64,000 bases of DNA from Epithemia pelagica (GCA_946965045.2 OX337229.1:682001-746000); one strand, 5' to 3'. Counted from the first letter of the stretch, positions 21,111 to 32,943 are shown. Notes: generated from the sequence alone by a model not told the origin. Translations and numbers: made by a program.

Positions 21111-23967
21111 TTAGTGGTGTGCCAATTTCCCCTCAAGACCACCCATAGTCTTGGACTTGCCGTCGGGGATGGTAATGAGATGCAATGGCTTTCCTTTGCC
21201 CAGATACGGTCGGTCAACACGATAGAATCCACGTCGTTCGAGTTGGATAATGTCATGCTCTTTGAGTGTTACCAGTCCAGCATCACCAATCACCTCGGTC
21301 GTAGCCATCGTGGTGGGATTGATGTGATCTTGAAAGTTATCTTCTTCCTCTATCTTCGCTTTGGTAACCAAATGGTCGTATTCGTAGAGAACCGCAGGGC
21401 AGTTGTTCGTGACACTTGCAATCCAACTCAACTTTCGCTTGGCTTTCTTGAAGTCGCCATCAGGAATATATTCACCTTCCATTAATCCGTCCGTCACTTT
21501 GGAAATCTTCACCACACCCCAACGAAGGAGGACGATTTCTTCACCTTCGACAATGCCTTCCACGTCCACATTTTCCAACAGTACAGTGTCGCAGAGACGA
21601 ATGACACGAGTTCCCATTTCAGAGTCTTTGGGATGAAATGACGTTTCTTTAAAGGCAAAGTCTGCTTCTTTGGGGCCGTTCGTTACCATCAACTTGACGT
21701 GTTTCTCCTTGTCAATAGCCATGTATCGCTTGGCCTTGCCGTCGATTTCTTTCTTGTTGCTTGCAAAAAATGTGTGCCATACCATGTTTACCACATTCTT
21801 GGATGCTCCTTGCGCGTACATGAAACCACGAAGTGCGGCAATGTTGATACCTCGTCGAACCACACCTCGCACAGTTGGGAAACGGGGGTCGTCCCATCCA
21901 GACACATAGCCCTTTTCCACAAACCAAGTCAACTGATACAAGGAAAAAAAGAGTCGAACGAAAAGAGTCAGGAAAGATAGAGCCATTGGGCCAACATGTC
22001 CCTGTACGAGACTAACTTTCGTAGTGGACTCACCTTTCGTTTGGACATGACGGTATACTCAAAGTTGACACGGGAAAAGTTTTGATTTCGAGGACGTCGC
22101 AGTCCAAGAGCTTTCAGGATCCATTGATATTGTGCATTACGGGCATCATATTCCGTGGTACGAAGAGCATGGGTCACTCCTTCAATCGAATCCACAATGG
22201 GACATGCAAGGTCATAGGTAGGATAGGCCTTGTACTTGGAACCACTGCGGTGGTGAGGGGTTAAATTCTGTCGGTACAAGACTGGATCTCGCAATGTTCC
22301 ATTGTCCGATGTCATGTCGATTTTGGCACGTAAGCAAAACTTGGCCCCCTCAGCGTCTCCACTACACATGAGATCAAACAGTTGCAGGGCTTCTTCCGGT
22401 GTTTGGTTTCGCCGTTGGGAATCTTGGCGATTTTCGCGCTCCACTTTCATTTGTTCCTGTGGAGTGTCATCCATATAGGCCAAGCCTTGTCGCATCAACT
22501 GTTTCGCATACTCCATCATGACATCAAAATAATCCGATGTGTACGTGACCATATCCGGCTTGACTTCCAATTTGGCCAGGTCTACCACAATCGACTCCTG
22601 GAATTCCTCCTTTTCCTTGGAGGGATTGGTATCGTCGAATCGAAGGATCAAACGCCCTTGATAGCGTCGAGCGTAGTAGTCATTTAACAGCACGGCCTTG
22701 GCGTGTCCAATGTGCAAGTATCCTGAGGGTTCAGGAGGGAAACGAGTCACAACACGGCCCGCGACAGCTCCTTCCAAGGCATTCATACCCGTCACGAGAG
22801 GTTCCATGGCGGGTCGAGTAGTATCAAAGACAGCTTCGGCATTCTTCTTGGCACCAATGCAGAGCTGCGTGGCTTCTTGCAAGGCCGGATGAGCTGCCAT
22901 CATGGGAATCCAACGACGTGCGGCCGAGGCGTGCTCGGGAAGACACTCCACGAGGACTCGCAAGTCTTGTGCCTGCGTGGGAAATCCCAAAATACCAAAC
23001 AAGGCAATATCGGCAAGTGTCATGGAATGACCAACCAGATAGACGTGATTCGTCAATGCACGTTGCAGTGTCATGGCCACAGCCTTGATCACTTGTCCAT
23101 GATCCAACAGACTGAGAGAGGCGGCATAGTCCATCCAAGAGTCCAAGGCAGATGCACCTTCGGCAGTCTTGGGCATGAGGCACGAGTCTTTGGCCAAATG
23201 ACGCGCCATGGCACGATCTCCGGTAACAACTACCCCTGAAGCATCACATAGCATGGCATGAGGAGTCCGATGGTCGGACACCAGTTCCCAGTCGTTAATG
23301 GTGTTGGTCAAGACGGCTACCGACACGGCCACAATCGGACGTTCGGTCAAGGGAACATTCGGATTGATCAACAGCTGACGAGGATCGATTCGCACCGACG
23401 AAGACGGAGGACCAGCTTTGGGTGCAGCCGCCTTTGCTTTGGCCGCCGGAGCTGGACTGGGAGCTGGTTTGGCGGCTGGAGCAGCAGTCGGAGCCTTGGC
23501 TGCCGGCGAAGGGGTAGTTTCTGCGGCAGGGGCACCACCATCACCACCGTCTTTCATGGCATCCTTTTGAGCCTTTTTGGCGGCCTTTTTCGCAGCCTTC
23601 TTTTGAGCATTCTTCGAGTCCTGGTCTTTTTCCTGGATCCACAATACAACACGGTTAGAGACTCGACACTTGTCACGTACTAACGTCCACAAACAAACGA
23701 TACAGATCTCACCTGTTTTTCGGGCCCTGCTTGTTCTCCTTTTTCTGCTCGGGCTTTTGCCTTCTTTTGAGCCTTCGTCAGTTGCTCCTGGTAGGGTTTC
23801 CCATCGACCCCGATGCCATTGTTGTTGTCGGCATACAACTTCTTGGCTGCCAACAACTCTTTGACGGCGGCATCAACAGCCTCCTTCTCTCCACCAGATG
23901 TCTTGAGCGTCTTGACTTTTTCACCCAAGGCCGTGATATCGTCCTTGAGCTTCGGCAGATCTACCAT
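21111..23967 (-). CDS. EARS (GluRS): Cytosolic glutamyl-tRNA synthetase with N-terminal WHEP-like and GST-like domains; 2 introns
   Basis: RFPPEPSGYLHIGHAK, LRFDDTNP, YPTYDLACP, MSKRK, anticodon-binding domain with QLERRGFYRVD. N-terminal ITALGEKVKTLK...VKELLAAK helix-turn-helix. Confidence 0.93.
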
Positions 23968-24270
23968 TTTATATCTCGTTTGTTGGTTGTTGACGTCCGT
24001 ATATCGCTCAATGGCGGACGAGACACAAAGATCCGGGGCAGGGACAGGGAGAGAGACGTGGGCAAAACAGAGGGGGCCCACCTTACCCTCGGTGGGAGGA
24101 CAGACGTCGCGCAAGCGAGCGGTGGGCAGGCTTGACTTTGGTCTTGCCCAACTTAGAGCACATAATGTTTGGTAGATTTTGTACTCCTCTAGACTACAAA
24201 AATCTAAAGACGACCTCTAGGACAATGGCGTTCACCACTGATAAAGAGTACCAAAACGTCGCCGCAGAAT

Positions 24271-24720
24271 TTGTTTTCAACCTCAGGCAACGTACCCTCG
24301 TTCGAGGCAATACGCTTTGGTCCCTTTGTGGTGCAATGGACTGGTGTCGGTGATAAAGTACTGAACAGAGCCAAACCTCTGTCCTCCGTCCACATCAACG
24401 GGTTCCGGGGAGCAGGGACAACAACTGAATTGAATCTAGTCGGATTGGCTTTAACAGAAAAACATAAAACTGTGTACTTCTTCGAGAATGCAGGATCGCT
24501 GAACCGAGAAGTTGTTATCAAGTTCGTCAAGACCCCGGCGAAGGACCAAACGGAGGCATGGCTTCTCATTGATGAGACCTGGGAGGAGAGATTTTCACCC
24601 TCCTTCTCAAGAACACGAGGACTTCTTAGAAGCACTCCATACAGGTATTTTGGCCAAGGAACCACAGTCTTTGCTTGGCGTCCAACAAACCAGGTCGAAC
24701 ACATCGTTGACTGCATATAG
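24271..24720 (+). CDS. Small unknown ORF; start unclear (the ATG at 24225 is in another frame)
   Basis: Open frame of about 170 codons from 24208 with protein-like composition, ending 19 bp from the convergent Kelch stop. Confidence 0.35.
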   Translation: MFSTSGNVPSFEAIRFGPFVVQWTGVGDKVLNRAKPLSSVHINGFRGAGTTTELNLVGLALTEKHKTVYFFENAGSLNREVVIKFVKTPAKDQTEAWLLIDETWEERFSPSFSRTRGLLRSTPYRYFGQGTTVFAWRPTNQVEHIVDCI

Positions 24721-24739
24721 CGCTTCCTTTGCACCGGAT

Positions 24740-25975
24740 TCAGTGCTTCTTGCGTCTGGTCCAGTGTTTTCGCTTGGGTTTTCGTTTGGGAATTCGTTTG
24801 GGTTTTCGTATGGGAATTTTGTGTAAAGACTTCAACCCTGTAATTCTTGGCAAAGACATCAACCCTGCAAACACTGCAGTGTTTCTGTCCATTAAGGACA
24901 GTGCTTCAAAAACCGTTTCTTCTTTGTAACCAGTCCTAACAGAAACAACTCCCGTGGACAAGGTCAACAAATGACATTCTGATCGAGGACAAGGGAATGA
25001 TGGCAGACTCCACATTTTATGTCTCTTGGTGTCAATGACTTTGACGGGACAGTCGCCTCCTCCCGCAACAACCAAACATGATCCTACTGTTGTAACGGCG
25101 TGGAAATGAGGGTGGCGATAAAAGTGGTTAGGGAAAATGTTGTGGTGTACCTTCCACAAAGGCTCCCTATGGAAATCAGCGACACCTGACTGGTCTTCAT
25201 CAAATTCCCAAGATTGCATAGTGTCACGATGTCGCCCTGCCTTAAGACAATAGCCACTACCAACGGCATAGACCCGGCGACCAATGACTGCCATTCCAAA
25301 ATTGTCTATCGTGTCAGCCAAGCGTGGACCGCAAGTGACAACGTGCTGATCGTGCACTACCGTGTCAATGATATTGACCGTTGAACTTACGCGGATGAAA
25401 TTGGTCCCACCAGCGACCACAATAAAGCGATTCCTCACAACAGCAGCCGCACATCCGCTTGTTGTGTCGGACAATCTACATTTCAAGGTCGTCCAACACT
25501 TTTTTTCTTCATTTGTATTCATTGTTGTTTCAAGCAAATCTGTTATGGTAATCTTCTCAATCCCACTAGATTTGATAAGACCGTCATATGTCCCTCCGAT
25601 GACATAAATGCTTCCATTGCAGACAGCACTAGCATGTTCCGCTCTTCCTCTATTCATTCTTGGTGCTTCCTTCCACTGTGGGTTGCTTTCTCCAACGTTT
25701 AAATAACGCACAGAATCAAGCATCTTAAAAATACCGTCGGAGCATTTGCCCCCCAAAACAACTACAATTTCGTTGCTTTTATCATCAGGATGATGCGCGA
25801 CCACACAAGCAAACCCATGGAAACCAAGCTCGGGCCATTGCAATTTATGCCATAGTGGGTTTTCATGGAAACCAAGCTCGGGCCATTGCAATTTATGCCA
25901 TTGTGGGTTTTGAGTTTTGCTGTTATTGCCGACAAAAGCAAGTCCGGACAAGCTTGCTTGCTTTTGAATCGACAT
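24740..25975 (-). CDS. Kelch-repeat beta-propeller protein, copy 1
   Basis: GG-containing Kelch blades (VVLGG...W..APRMNRGRAEHASAVCNGSIYVIGG; FIVVAGG; VYAVGSG; LVVAGG). 48-bp internal duplication. Basic tail. Confidence 0.85.
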   Translation of the reverse strand: MSIQKQASLSGLAFVGNNSKTQNPQWHKLQWPELGFHENPLWHKLQWPELGFHGFACVVAHHPDDKSNEIVVVLGGKCSDGIFKMLDSVRYLNVGESNPQWKEAPRMNRGRAEHASAVCNGSIYVIGGTYDGLIKSSGIEKITITDLLETTMNTNEEKKCWTTLKCRLSDTTSGCAAAVVRNRFIVVAGGTNFIRVSSTVNIIDTVVHDQHVVTCGPRLADTIDNFGMAVIGRRVYAVGSGYCLKAGRHRDTMQSWEFDEDQSGVADFHREPLWKVHHNIFPNHFYRHPHFHAVTTVGSCLVVAGGGDCPVKVIDTKRHKMWSLPSFPCPRSECHLLTLSTGVVSVRTGYKEETVFEALSLMDRNTAVFAGLMSLPRITGLKSLHKIPIRKPKRIPKRKPKRKHWTRRKKH

Positions 25976-26578
25976 GATAAAGATCTGGGATCAGCAAATC
26001 GGATTTTTAGAACCAACGGTTCGTGCTTGGGAGCACAAAGGCAGAAAGTCCAAGCCGGAAACGAATAAAAGATCTCGTTTGGGCACACCTTTGTTGCAAA
26101 CCAGCGCTCTGGATGTTTCCGACGTCTTGCACAGCGATTGCAATGATCGCTTGATGATGAAGAATGAGAAGGAGGTGTCGAGGTTTAAAATTTCAAATGA
26201 TGTACTCCACTCACATCCATGTAGCTACCCCATTAATGCTACTCCTATCTCAAAGTAGCCGCAAAAGTTTTTCGTCTAATAATGGTCTATCTGCTGTGAC
26301 AAAAAGTTGCGATCGGATTTCAATTCTATAATTCGTCGTCGTGGACTCGATGTTCGCCATGTTCTTGCTTTCTGGATTTACTGCTTAGAACGAGCTATTA
26401 GTAAGTAGCCTGGATTTGGATCTCGTTCAGAAACCGGACAATCGTGGCCATTCGGGCTTCTTAAACTTTTTTCGCAGCTCCAACAAAGTTTCCCTCGGAC
26501 AACGTACATCGAAGCCCATAGCGTAAGGAGAACAGCGACTGAGTCAACCCGTAATGCCTAAGAGTCCATCTGTGAATA

Positions 26579-29500
26579 TCAGGCATGACTGCGCGATTGT
26601 GGGTTTGCTAGCCTTCGTCGAGGACGTCGGGGACGAGCCGTTCGAGCTGATTCTGAACCTCCACCTTTTCCTGATCGCCTGTAACTGGATTGAGCCCCTC
26701 CTGACTTTGATTCACCATGAGTGGAAGATGATCTAGTAGGATCGATTCCTTGACGGTGACCTCCACGCTTCGGCCGTTTTGCTGGTAATACGCGCTTCAA
26801 AACCGCATCCAAACTTTCGTCTAGTTTCCGCCCCTTCTTCACTCCACCACTGCGGACAACATCTTTCAAAAACAGGGTAAACCTCACAATATCGGCAACA
26901 TCGGTTTTCGATAGGGTGTGACATGGCATACTGTCCAGCATTTCCAAAATTTTCCATGGAAAAGAGGAATGGCTTTCGTTCGGAGATGGAGTGTTGCTCA
27001 GTAGAGACGAGAAATGGTAATCATATCTATCCGCAAAGACAAGCTTGGAGGATCGTTCGTTTTCGATGCCAGCAACTCCAATTTCACGGAATTCTTCAAG
27101 TCGTCGACACATTTGTTCTAAACGAACAAGATGTGGTTGCAGAATATCTGCATTCTCCTTGGAAACTGTCTCTGGATTGCACTGACGATATAATACCGCA
27201 ATATCATGCATTTGTTCAACCATGCAATAAAACACTTCATGCGCACCGGCAACTACGCTCCGCAACTCCTCCGACAATCGTCCACCACTAATCTCCATGT
27301 TCTCCGCTTCCTTGACGGCCACGTTGCGAAGCACATTTTCGTACACATCCAGGACATCGACCATTGCGTTCAACACTGTTTGACAGGAAGCTGCTCCTGA
27401 ACTCACATGCATGCCGCTTCGACCCCATGCTGTCAACGTAAGCATTGCTGGGCTTGCCAGAAGGGGAAGAAGTGTACTGTGCTCTTCCACAGGGGCCTCG
27501 TCAATCTGATCGGCAAGTTTCTTGAACAAGATGGAGCATCGTTGGGGCAATTCCAATGGGTCGGTGTCATCCACGGTACTAGCATCCTCAGATATGGTAT
27601 GGCTTGCTGTAGAGTCAGTCGTTAACTCCGCTTCGACAGGTGGTTCAACAGAATCTTTTGGGGAAGAAGCAGAAGCAAGTAATTCGAGAAGTGCCATTGC
27701 ATTATCCTCTCTTTTCTCTTCATTATCAATAGCATGGGAATCCTTGTCTGATTCAGTTGTTTCGCCGTTTACATCCGACTCCTCTTTGACAACAACGTCA
27801 TCTGAATTTTCATCATCAAGTTTCTCGGTATCGGAAGAGGACCATGGAGGAGTTTCCAAGTCCATTCGTTTTCGGTCATTGACACCCATTTGCAACAAGA
27901 TGGTGGCAAGCTCCAAACACAGGAATCGGAGATCTCTCTGCAACGCATCTCTTGTTGCTTCGTCTTGGGAACGCAAACACTCGATCCACTTTAATAGTTT
28001 GGACGGACTTTGCTCGTCTCGAACATGCAGCCATGCAGCAAGAATAGGATGTAATGTTTGTATCCTCAAAGGAACCGAAGATGGTAAGATGCGTTCCTCA
28101 ATGACGGCTTCGGCCTTTTCTAGGCCTTGACGAGTCCCCGTACGGACCCATGCTTGAATCAAGGCTTCAAATGTTTCAATATTTGGTTTCGCCTCGTATT
28201 CGTCCATGTACTGGATCCATTCTTCCAATCGTTCCGCGTTACGAACCAAGGCATCCGGTGACTCTGGTTTCGTTTCATCATCAGCGTCACTCGTACTAGT
28301 AGTTTCCTCTTGTGTTTCACTGTCACTTGTTTCCGTTGGAGGTTGTCGGAATCCATTTTTGTAAAGGGCACGGTGATCATCCCAGGGAATCCGTCGAGTA
28401 TTGGGTCGTGTCTCATTCCAAATGAGACCTCCGCTCCAGGGCATGGGCGCATTGAATATTTGAGTGTCGGGCTGAAAGGATTCATTCCCCGTTTCCTGGT
28501 ACAGGGTCTTCATGCGTTCCAGCACTTGTTTGGCAAACTCCAGGTCAAATACATTGCTGCTGCTGCTGCTGCTGCCACTATTACTACTACTATTCGTTTC
28601 GGTATCACCGCTGGTCGTTGTTGTGATTTGTTTTCTTTGGCGCTTGGTCGATTTGGCTTGTGGTTGTTGTTGTTGTTTCGTCGCTTGTTCATTCTCGGCG
28701 TAGGAGGAGGAGGACAAAATGGCCAAAAAGCTATCCCGATTGGGTTCAAAGGATTCATCCAATTTGCTATAGCGGCCACTGGCTCCACCCACTTGGGCCC
28801 AAATGTGCAGCAAGGCATTGTAGGTGGCCACATTGGGTGGGGGTGGTACATGGCCCCGGAGACGGGCTTGATTCTTCATGCGTTGCACAATGCTTTCGGC
28901 TTTCATGGCCTTGGTGACGGGATCAAAGCCTTCCAGACAAAACAAGTACAAATTGTAGACATGAGTATCCGGTGCTACCTTGTCATCCTTGGCGTCCCAC
29001 AGGACATTTAAAATTTTGGAGGCCGTCCCTTCAATGGCCGTGGGTGAACCAGAAACAAATGTGTTGGGTCCAGTGGAACTGAGATTGGCGTCGGCGAGGG
29101 ATGCCAAGTAGGATTTGGCAATATAGACGGCACTGGAGGATATGGATTGAGGGAGTTCAATGCCATGCAGTGTGGACTCGGCCTTTTTGTGGCCCACAGA
29201 GTGCACCCACGACAAGGCTTCTTGTTCTACCATGCGAATACGATCCTCTTCGGATTGTACCAAGACAGAACCGGCACCCACAGATGGGGTCACTGGTTCC
29301 ATCGTTGTCGCATCAACCCCCATGGACTTGCTGCTGCCGCCGCCCGGATAAAACCGTTCGGCCAGCGACGAAAGGACTCGCATGGCGGGTGATTCTTGTT
29401 CCTTTTGAACATCCGTCTTGGGTGAGGCATTGTAATGGACAATCCAGGACTCGTCGTCGTCATTGTCATTCTCATTGGTACCGTCAATGTCCGGATTCCA

Positions 29501-31585
29501 GGCGGTCAACCACGCTTCTTCCTCGGATGTATTCACTACGGCCGCTGGGAGGGAAATGGGTGTTACCAAAGGTTCATCGGAGATATTATCGGGGACACCC
29601 AATATTTTTTCATCGGGATCCATGAGACCATCCTCCTCTGCCAAGACGACGGTCGAAGCACCCACCAACCCAAATTCCTCATTGGTACTATGATCATCAT
29701 TGCCATTGTCCATACGGTCGGTTTCTAATATGGTCGTAGTACCCATGGCCCCCATGGAATCGGCAAAGGCAGTTTGGTTCTCCGGTCGTGTGTCCGTCCC
29801 CGCATCGGAAGGGTCCGTCTCGGTCCGTGTCGTAGCAGTACTAGTACCAGTAGTAGTATCCATCAGGGTGGTTTGGGACAGGTCTCCTCCCTCGTCTTCC
29901 ATCAAGGGATCTTCCTCACACAATCGTGGTTCCAACACTCCCTCCCGTTCCAGTCGCAAGACATCCAAGGCTCGTGCCGCTGCCGCTCGAATGGCCAATT
30001 TTTTGACCTTGTAAAAGACCTTGGGTTGATGATCCTGGACCAAGGAAATGGAGTCAAAGACTTCTTGGTCGACGACGCCGAGTTCTTGTTCGGCATGGGT
30101 GGGACGCAAGGTTCCACTCATAAAGGTTCGATCGCCGCCTGTGTCGGCCGAAAGGGGACAGACAAATTGCGCCGTCCATAGATTGCCCATGCCCGCATGT
30201 CGGACCATTTCCACTTGCATCAAGTCATTGAGACTGGACGGTGCCTTTTCGATCCCCAAGAGGGATCGATACAAATTGGTCAATTCCACGACGGGATGTT
30301 GTTGTTGTGGTTGTTGTTGTTGTTGTGGACTGCTGGCTGCCGCCATGGAGGATCCTTCTCCGTCTGCTGCCTTGTTGTCGTCCACTACCGCAGCGGTCTT
30401 GGTTGGTTCCCGTTTGTCATGTTGGATATCTGGTTGTTTTGTCGACTCTTTGGTAGTAATAGTAGTGGTGGGGGATGCCGTTGGGATCGTTGCAACTGTG
30501 CCGTTTACGGCTTGAGCTGTGAGCGCCTTCCAATCCAATGGCTCTTCTTCGCACAAGCGCGGTTCCGTGGCAGCAGCATCTCCTTCTTGGTGTTCTTGTT
30601 CTCGTTGGGGATGCGCATAGTAGAGGGCATCCACGACGCGGGCCGCCACGGCATGGGCCGCGGCCGTTTTGCGGGGATAACACACCACGGCAGCCGGACT
30701 ACCCTTTTCGGTGGACGACAATGACACTCGTTGGACGGCCCGATCGGCCCCCACGACACCGGGCAAGGATCGCAAAAATCCGGCTCGGACCACCACACCC
30801 GTCACGGGACAGGTAAACCGGGCCGTCCAGACCGAAGTCGATTCCGTCGGGGTGGTGCTGGTGGTGTCAGTCGTTGGGGTGCTGGTGGTCGGGGTGGTGG
30901 CCACGGTCGTGGTTTCGGGAAGGTACTCAAAATGAAAAAACTTGGAATGGGGACTCGTGACATTGAGAATGCCATGCACGTGTTGATAATAATGGTTGAG
31001 GTGCCACAAGGGCAATGTGGGTTGGTCCTCCCCCTCCGTTGTGAAAGAAGAGTGCAAGCCAGGAAACTTGTAGTCCTTCCAGGCACGCTGGGAGTTCTTT
31101 TTCGGTTTCCGAGTCGTTGACTTTGTCGTTGTCGTGGGTTTGTTCTTCTTGTCGTTGTGATTGTCCGGTTTGTGGTGGTTGTCCGCACTCTGGCTGTTTT
31201 CGTTCGTGGCGCTGGTGTTCGTCGTCGACAATGACTCCTCGGCACGACTGTGGTAGAATCGAGGATGGTTGCTCGTGCGGGTGCTGGTGTAGCTCGGGAG
31301 TGGTGGGTCGTTCCAACCACCACTGGGCAACACCACCACGCATCTGCGGCTATTGTTGCGGCGTATTCTCCCCACCGAGGTTCTACTGTTACTGCTGCTG
31401 CTGCTCGCATGGAACTGAAACTGCTGCCGTTTTATCCGTGCGAATGATACTACGGACGGAGCATGAGGAGGAGGATTGACTCGTCCAGCGTGTCTTGGTA
31501 AGCACCACAACAACAACCCGTTGGAACGTCGTCGTCGTGGTAGAGTGGCCTCTGGTCCAACACGTATTAGTGTCGATCGAATCAT
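26579..31585 (-). CDS. Large pentatricopeptide-repeat (PPR) protein with two dsRBD-like domains and an organelle transit-like N-terminus
   Basis: PPR motifs PDTHVYNLYL, PPNVATYNALLHIWA, PNRDSFLAIL, PDTQIFNA, PNIETFEALIQAW. Two WTA(R/Q)F.CP...AA.A..AL repeats. R/S-rich leader. Confidence 0.75.
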   Translation of the reverse strand: MIRSTLIRVGPEATLPRRRRSNGLLLWCLPRHAGRVNPPPHAPSVVSFARIKRQQFQFHASSSSSNSRTSVGRIRRNNSRRCVVVLPSGGWNDPPLPSYTSTRTSNHPRFYHSRAEESLSTTNTSATNENSQSADNHHKPDNHNDKKNKPTTTTKSTTRKPKKNSQRAWKDYKFPGLHSSFTTEGEDQPTLPLWHLNHYYQHVHGILNVTSPHSKFFHFEYLPETTTVATTPTTSTPTTDTTSTTPTESTSVWTARFTCPVTGVVVRAGFLRSLPGVVGADRAVQRVSLSSTEKGSPAAVVCYPRKTAAAHAVAARVVDALYYAHPQREQEHQEGDAAATEPRLCEEEPLDWKALTAQAVNGTVATIPTASPTTTITTKESTKQPDIQHDKREPTKTAAVVDDNKAADGEGSSMAAASSPQQQQQPQQQHPVVELTNLYRSLLGIEKAPSSLNDLMQVEMVRHAGMGNLWTAQFVCPLSADTGGDRTFMSGTLRPTHAEQELGVVDQEVFDSISLVQDHQPKVFYKVKKLAIRAAAARALDVLRLEREGVLEPRLCEEDPLMEDEGGDLSQTTLMDTTTGTSTATTRTETDPSDAGTDTRPENQTAFADSMGAMGTTTILETDRMDNGNDDHSTNEEFGLVGASTVVLAEEDGLMDPDEKILGVPDNISDEPLVTPISLPAAVVNTSEEEAWLTAWNPDIDGTNENDNDDDESWIVHYNASPKTDVQKEQESPAMRVLSSLAERFYPGGGSSKSMGVDATTMEPVTPSVGAGSVLVQSEEDRIRMVEQEALSWVHSVGHKKAESTLHGIELPQSISSSAVYIAKSYLASLADANLSSTGPNTFVSGSPTAIEGTASKILNVLWDAKDDKVAPDTHVYNLYLFCLEGFDPVTKAMKAESIVQRMKNQARLRGHVPPPPNVATYNALLHIWAQVGGASGRYSKLDESFEPNRDSFLAILSSSSYAENEQATKQQQQPQAKSTKRQRKQITTTTSGDTETNSSSNSGSSSSSSNVFDLEFAKQVLERMKTLYQETGNESFQPDTQIFNAPMPWSGGLIWNETRPNTRRIPWDDHRALYKNGFRQPPTETSDSETQEETTSTSDADDETKPESPDALVRNAERLEEWIQYMDEYEAKPNIETFEALIQAWVRTGTRQGLEKAEAVIEERILPSSVPLRIQTLHPILAAWLHVRDEQSPSKLLKWIECLRSQDEATRDALQRDLRFLCLELATILLQMGVNDRKRMDLETPPWSSSDTEKLDDENSDDVVVKEESDVNGETTESDKDSHAIDNEEKREDNAMALLELLASASSPKDSVEPPVEAELTTDSTASHTISEDASTVDDTDPLELPQRCSILFKKLADQIDEAPVEEHSTLLPLLASPAMLTLTAWGRSGMHVSSGAASCQTVLNAMVDVLDVYENVLRNVAVKEAENMEISGGRLSEELRSVVAGAHEVFYCMVEQMHDIAVLYRQCNPETVSKENADILQPHLVRLEQMCRRLEEFREIGVAGIENERSSKLVFADRYDYHFSSLLSNTPSPNESHSSFPWKILEMLDSMPCHTLSKTDVADIVRFTLFLKDVVRSGGVKKGRKLDESLDAVLKRVLPAKRPKRGGHRQGIDPTRSSSTHGESKSGGAQSSYRRSGKGGGSESARTARPRRPRRRLANPQSRSHA

Positions 31586-32058
31586 TCTCTCTTGTAAATT
31601 ATTTCTTGGTTGGTCTTTTTCCTTGGTATCCAAGTTGGTTGGTTGGACACGCAAAACAGACACACACACAGACACACGTTTGTTATGTCACGACGGGGCC
31701 CTGGTTCATGGTGGTCGGCGCCCAAAGATTCACAGAAAAACGTGCAAGCTGCGTGTGGAAGATCTTTGCCGCCCAAAAACCGAAACGCGTTGGAATGACG
31801 GTCGACGGCCAGGTAGCTGGTCGCGTTCCGAACGCTTTTATAACGGTTAAAGGTCGTGGTCCCGTAATGGAAGGGATCTTTTTCTCGCGGTATCTATCTT
31901 TTCCTCATTTTCAGATCCTTTTTGGCTCAAATAGACTATTTGGACGCTGGTTCGCCCTTGTTCCCTCTTGTCTTTGTTGTCATCTTGTTTCTTGTGGCTC
32001 TCTCTCTTCTGTCTCGGGTTTGTACCTTGCTTGCCATTGTCCATACAATACAGAACAA

Positions 32059-32943
32059 ATGTCTTCTTCTTCGTCTTCTTCCACTACCGATGTCGTCTTG
32101 ATGACAGCTCCGTCCAAGACGGTCGTTTCCACCGTCTTGACCGATGCCATTGTCCGTCGCGCCGCCGAGGCCTTGGAGGCCCGAGGTCGCTTTACCATTG
32201 CCTTGTCCGGTGGTTCCTTACCCAGTCTCTTGACGAGTTTGCCAGCCGCCTTTCGGCGGGCCCAGATGGCACCGCACTGGTCCGCCTGGCACGTTCTCTT
32301 GGCCGATGAACGATGTGTGCCCCGGTCCAATACCGCCGAGTCCAATGGGTACAGCATTCAACACCACGTGTTAAATCCCATTCACGAGGCGGCAGCAGAG
32401 ACTGGCGACGGCGGCATTCCTCCCTCCCAAGTCTACGGCATTGTGGAACATCCCGACAGTCTCAGTACCGATGCCATTGCCACCGACTATCAAGCCAAGA
32501 TTCAATCGCTCTTGCCCTTGGATGTGGCCGTCTTGGGCTTTGGACCGGATGGTCATACTTGTTCCTTGTTTCCTCATCATGATTTACTTCAAGAAACGAC
32601 GCGCCTCGTGGCGCCCATTGACCATTCGCCCAAACCACCGCCGCGACGCATTACCTTGACCTTGCCCGTGTTGAACCAACAAACCCGCCATGTCATTTTC
32701 TGTGGTTTGGGATCCTCCAAAGCCACCGTCTTGCAAAACATTTTTCAACCCCTGGTACCAACCAACAACAAGGACAACGACGACAGCAAACAAGACGAGA
32801 TTCAACACTACAAAGCGACGCTTCAACCGTCCCCGACCTTACCCTGTGCCATGGTGCAACCGCAACACCACCAACCACACGCCACCTTGACGTGGATTGT
32901 CGATTCGGCCGCCCTCGAGGAAGTGCCGATTGCGCGACTTTGA
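32059..32943 (+). CDS. PGLS: 6-phosphogluconolactonase
   Basis: FTIALSGGSLP, LADERCVP, LGFGPDGHTCSLFP, PKPPPRRITLTLPVLN. Confidence 0.92.
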   Translation: MSSSSSSSTTDVVLMTAPSKTVVSTVLTDAIVRRAAEALEARGRFTIALSGGSLPSLLTSLPAAFRRAQMAPHWSAWHVLLADERCVPRSNTAESNGYSIQHHVLNPIHEAAAETGDGGIPPSQVYGIVEHPDSLSTDAIATDYQAKIQSLLPLDVAVLGFGPDGHTCSLFPHHDLLQETTRLVAPIDHSPKPPPRRITLTLPVLNQQTRHVIFCGLGSSKATVLQNIFQPLVPTNNKDNDDSKQDEIQHYKATLQPSPTLPCAMVQPQHHQPHATLTWIVDSAALEEVPIARL

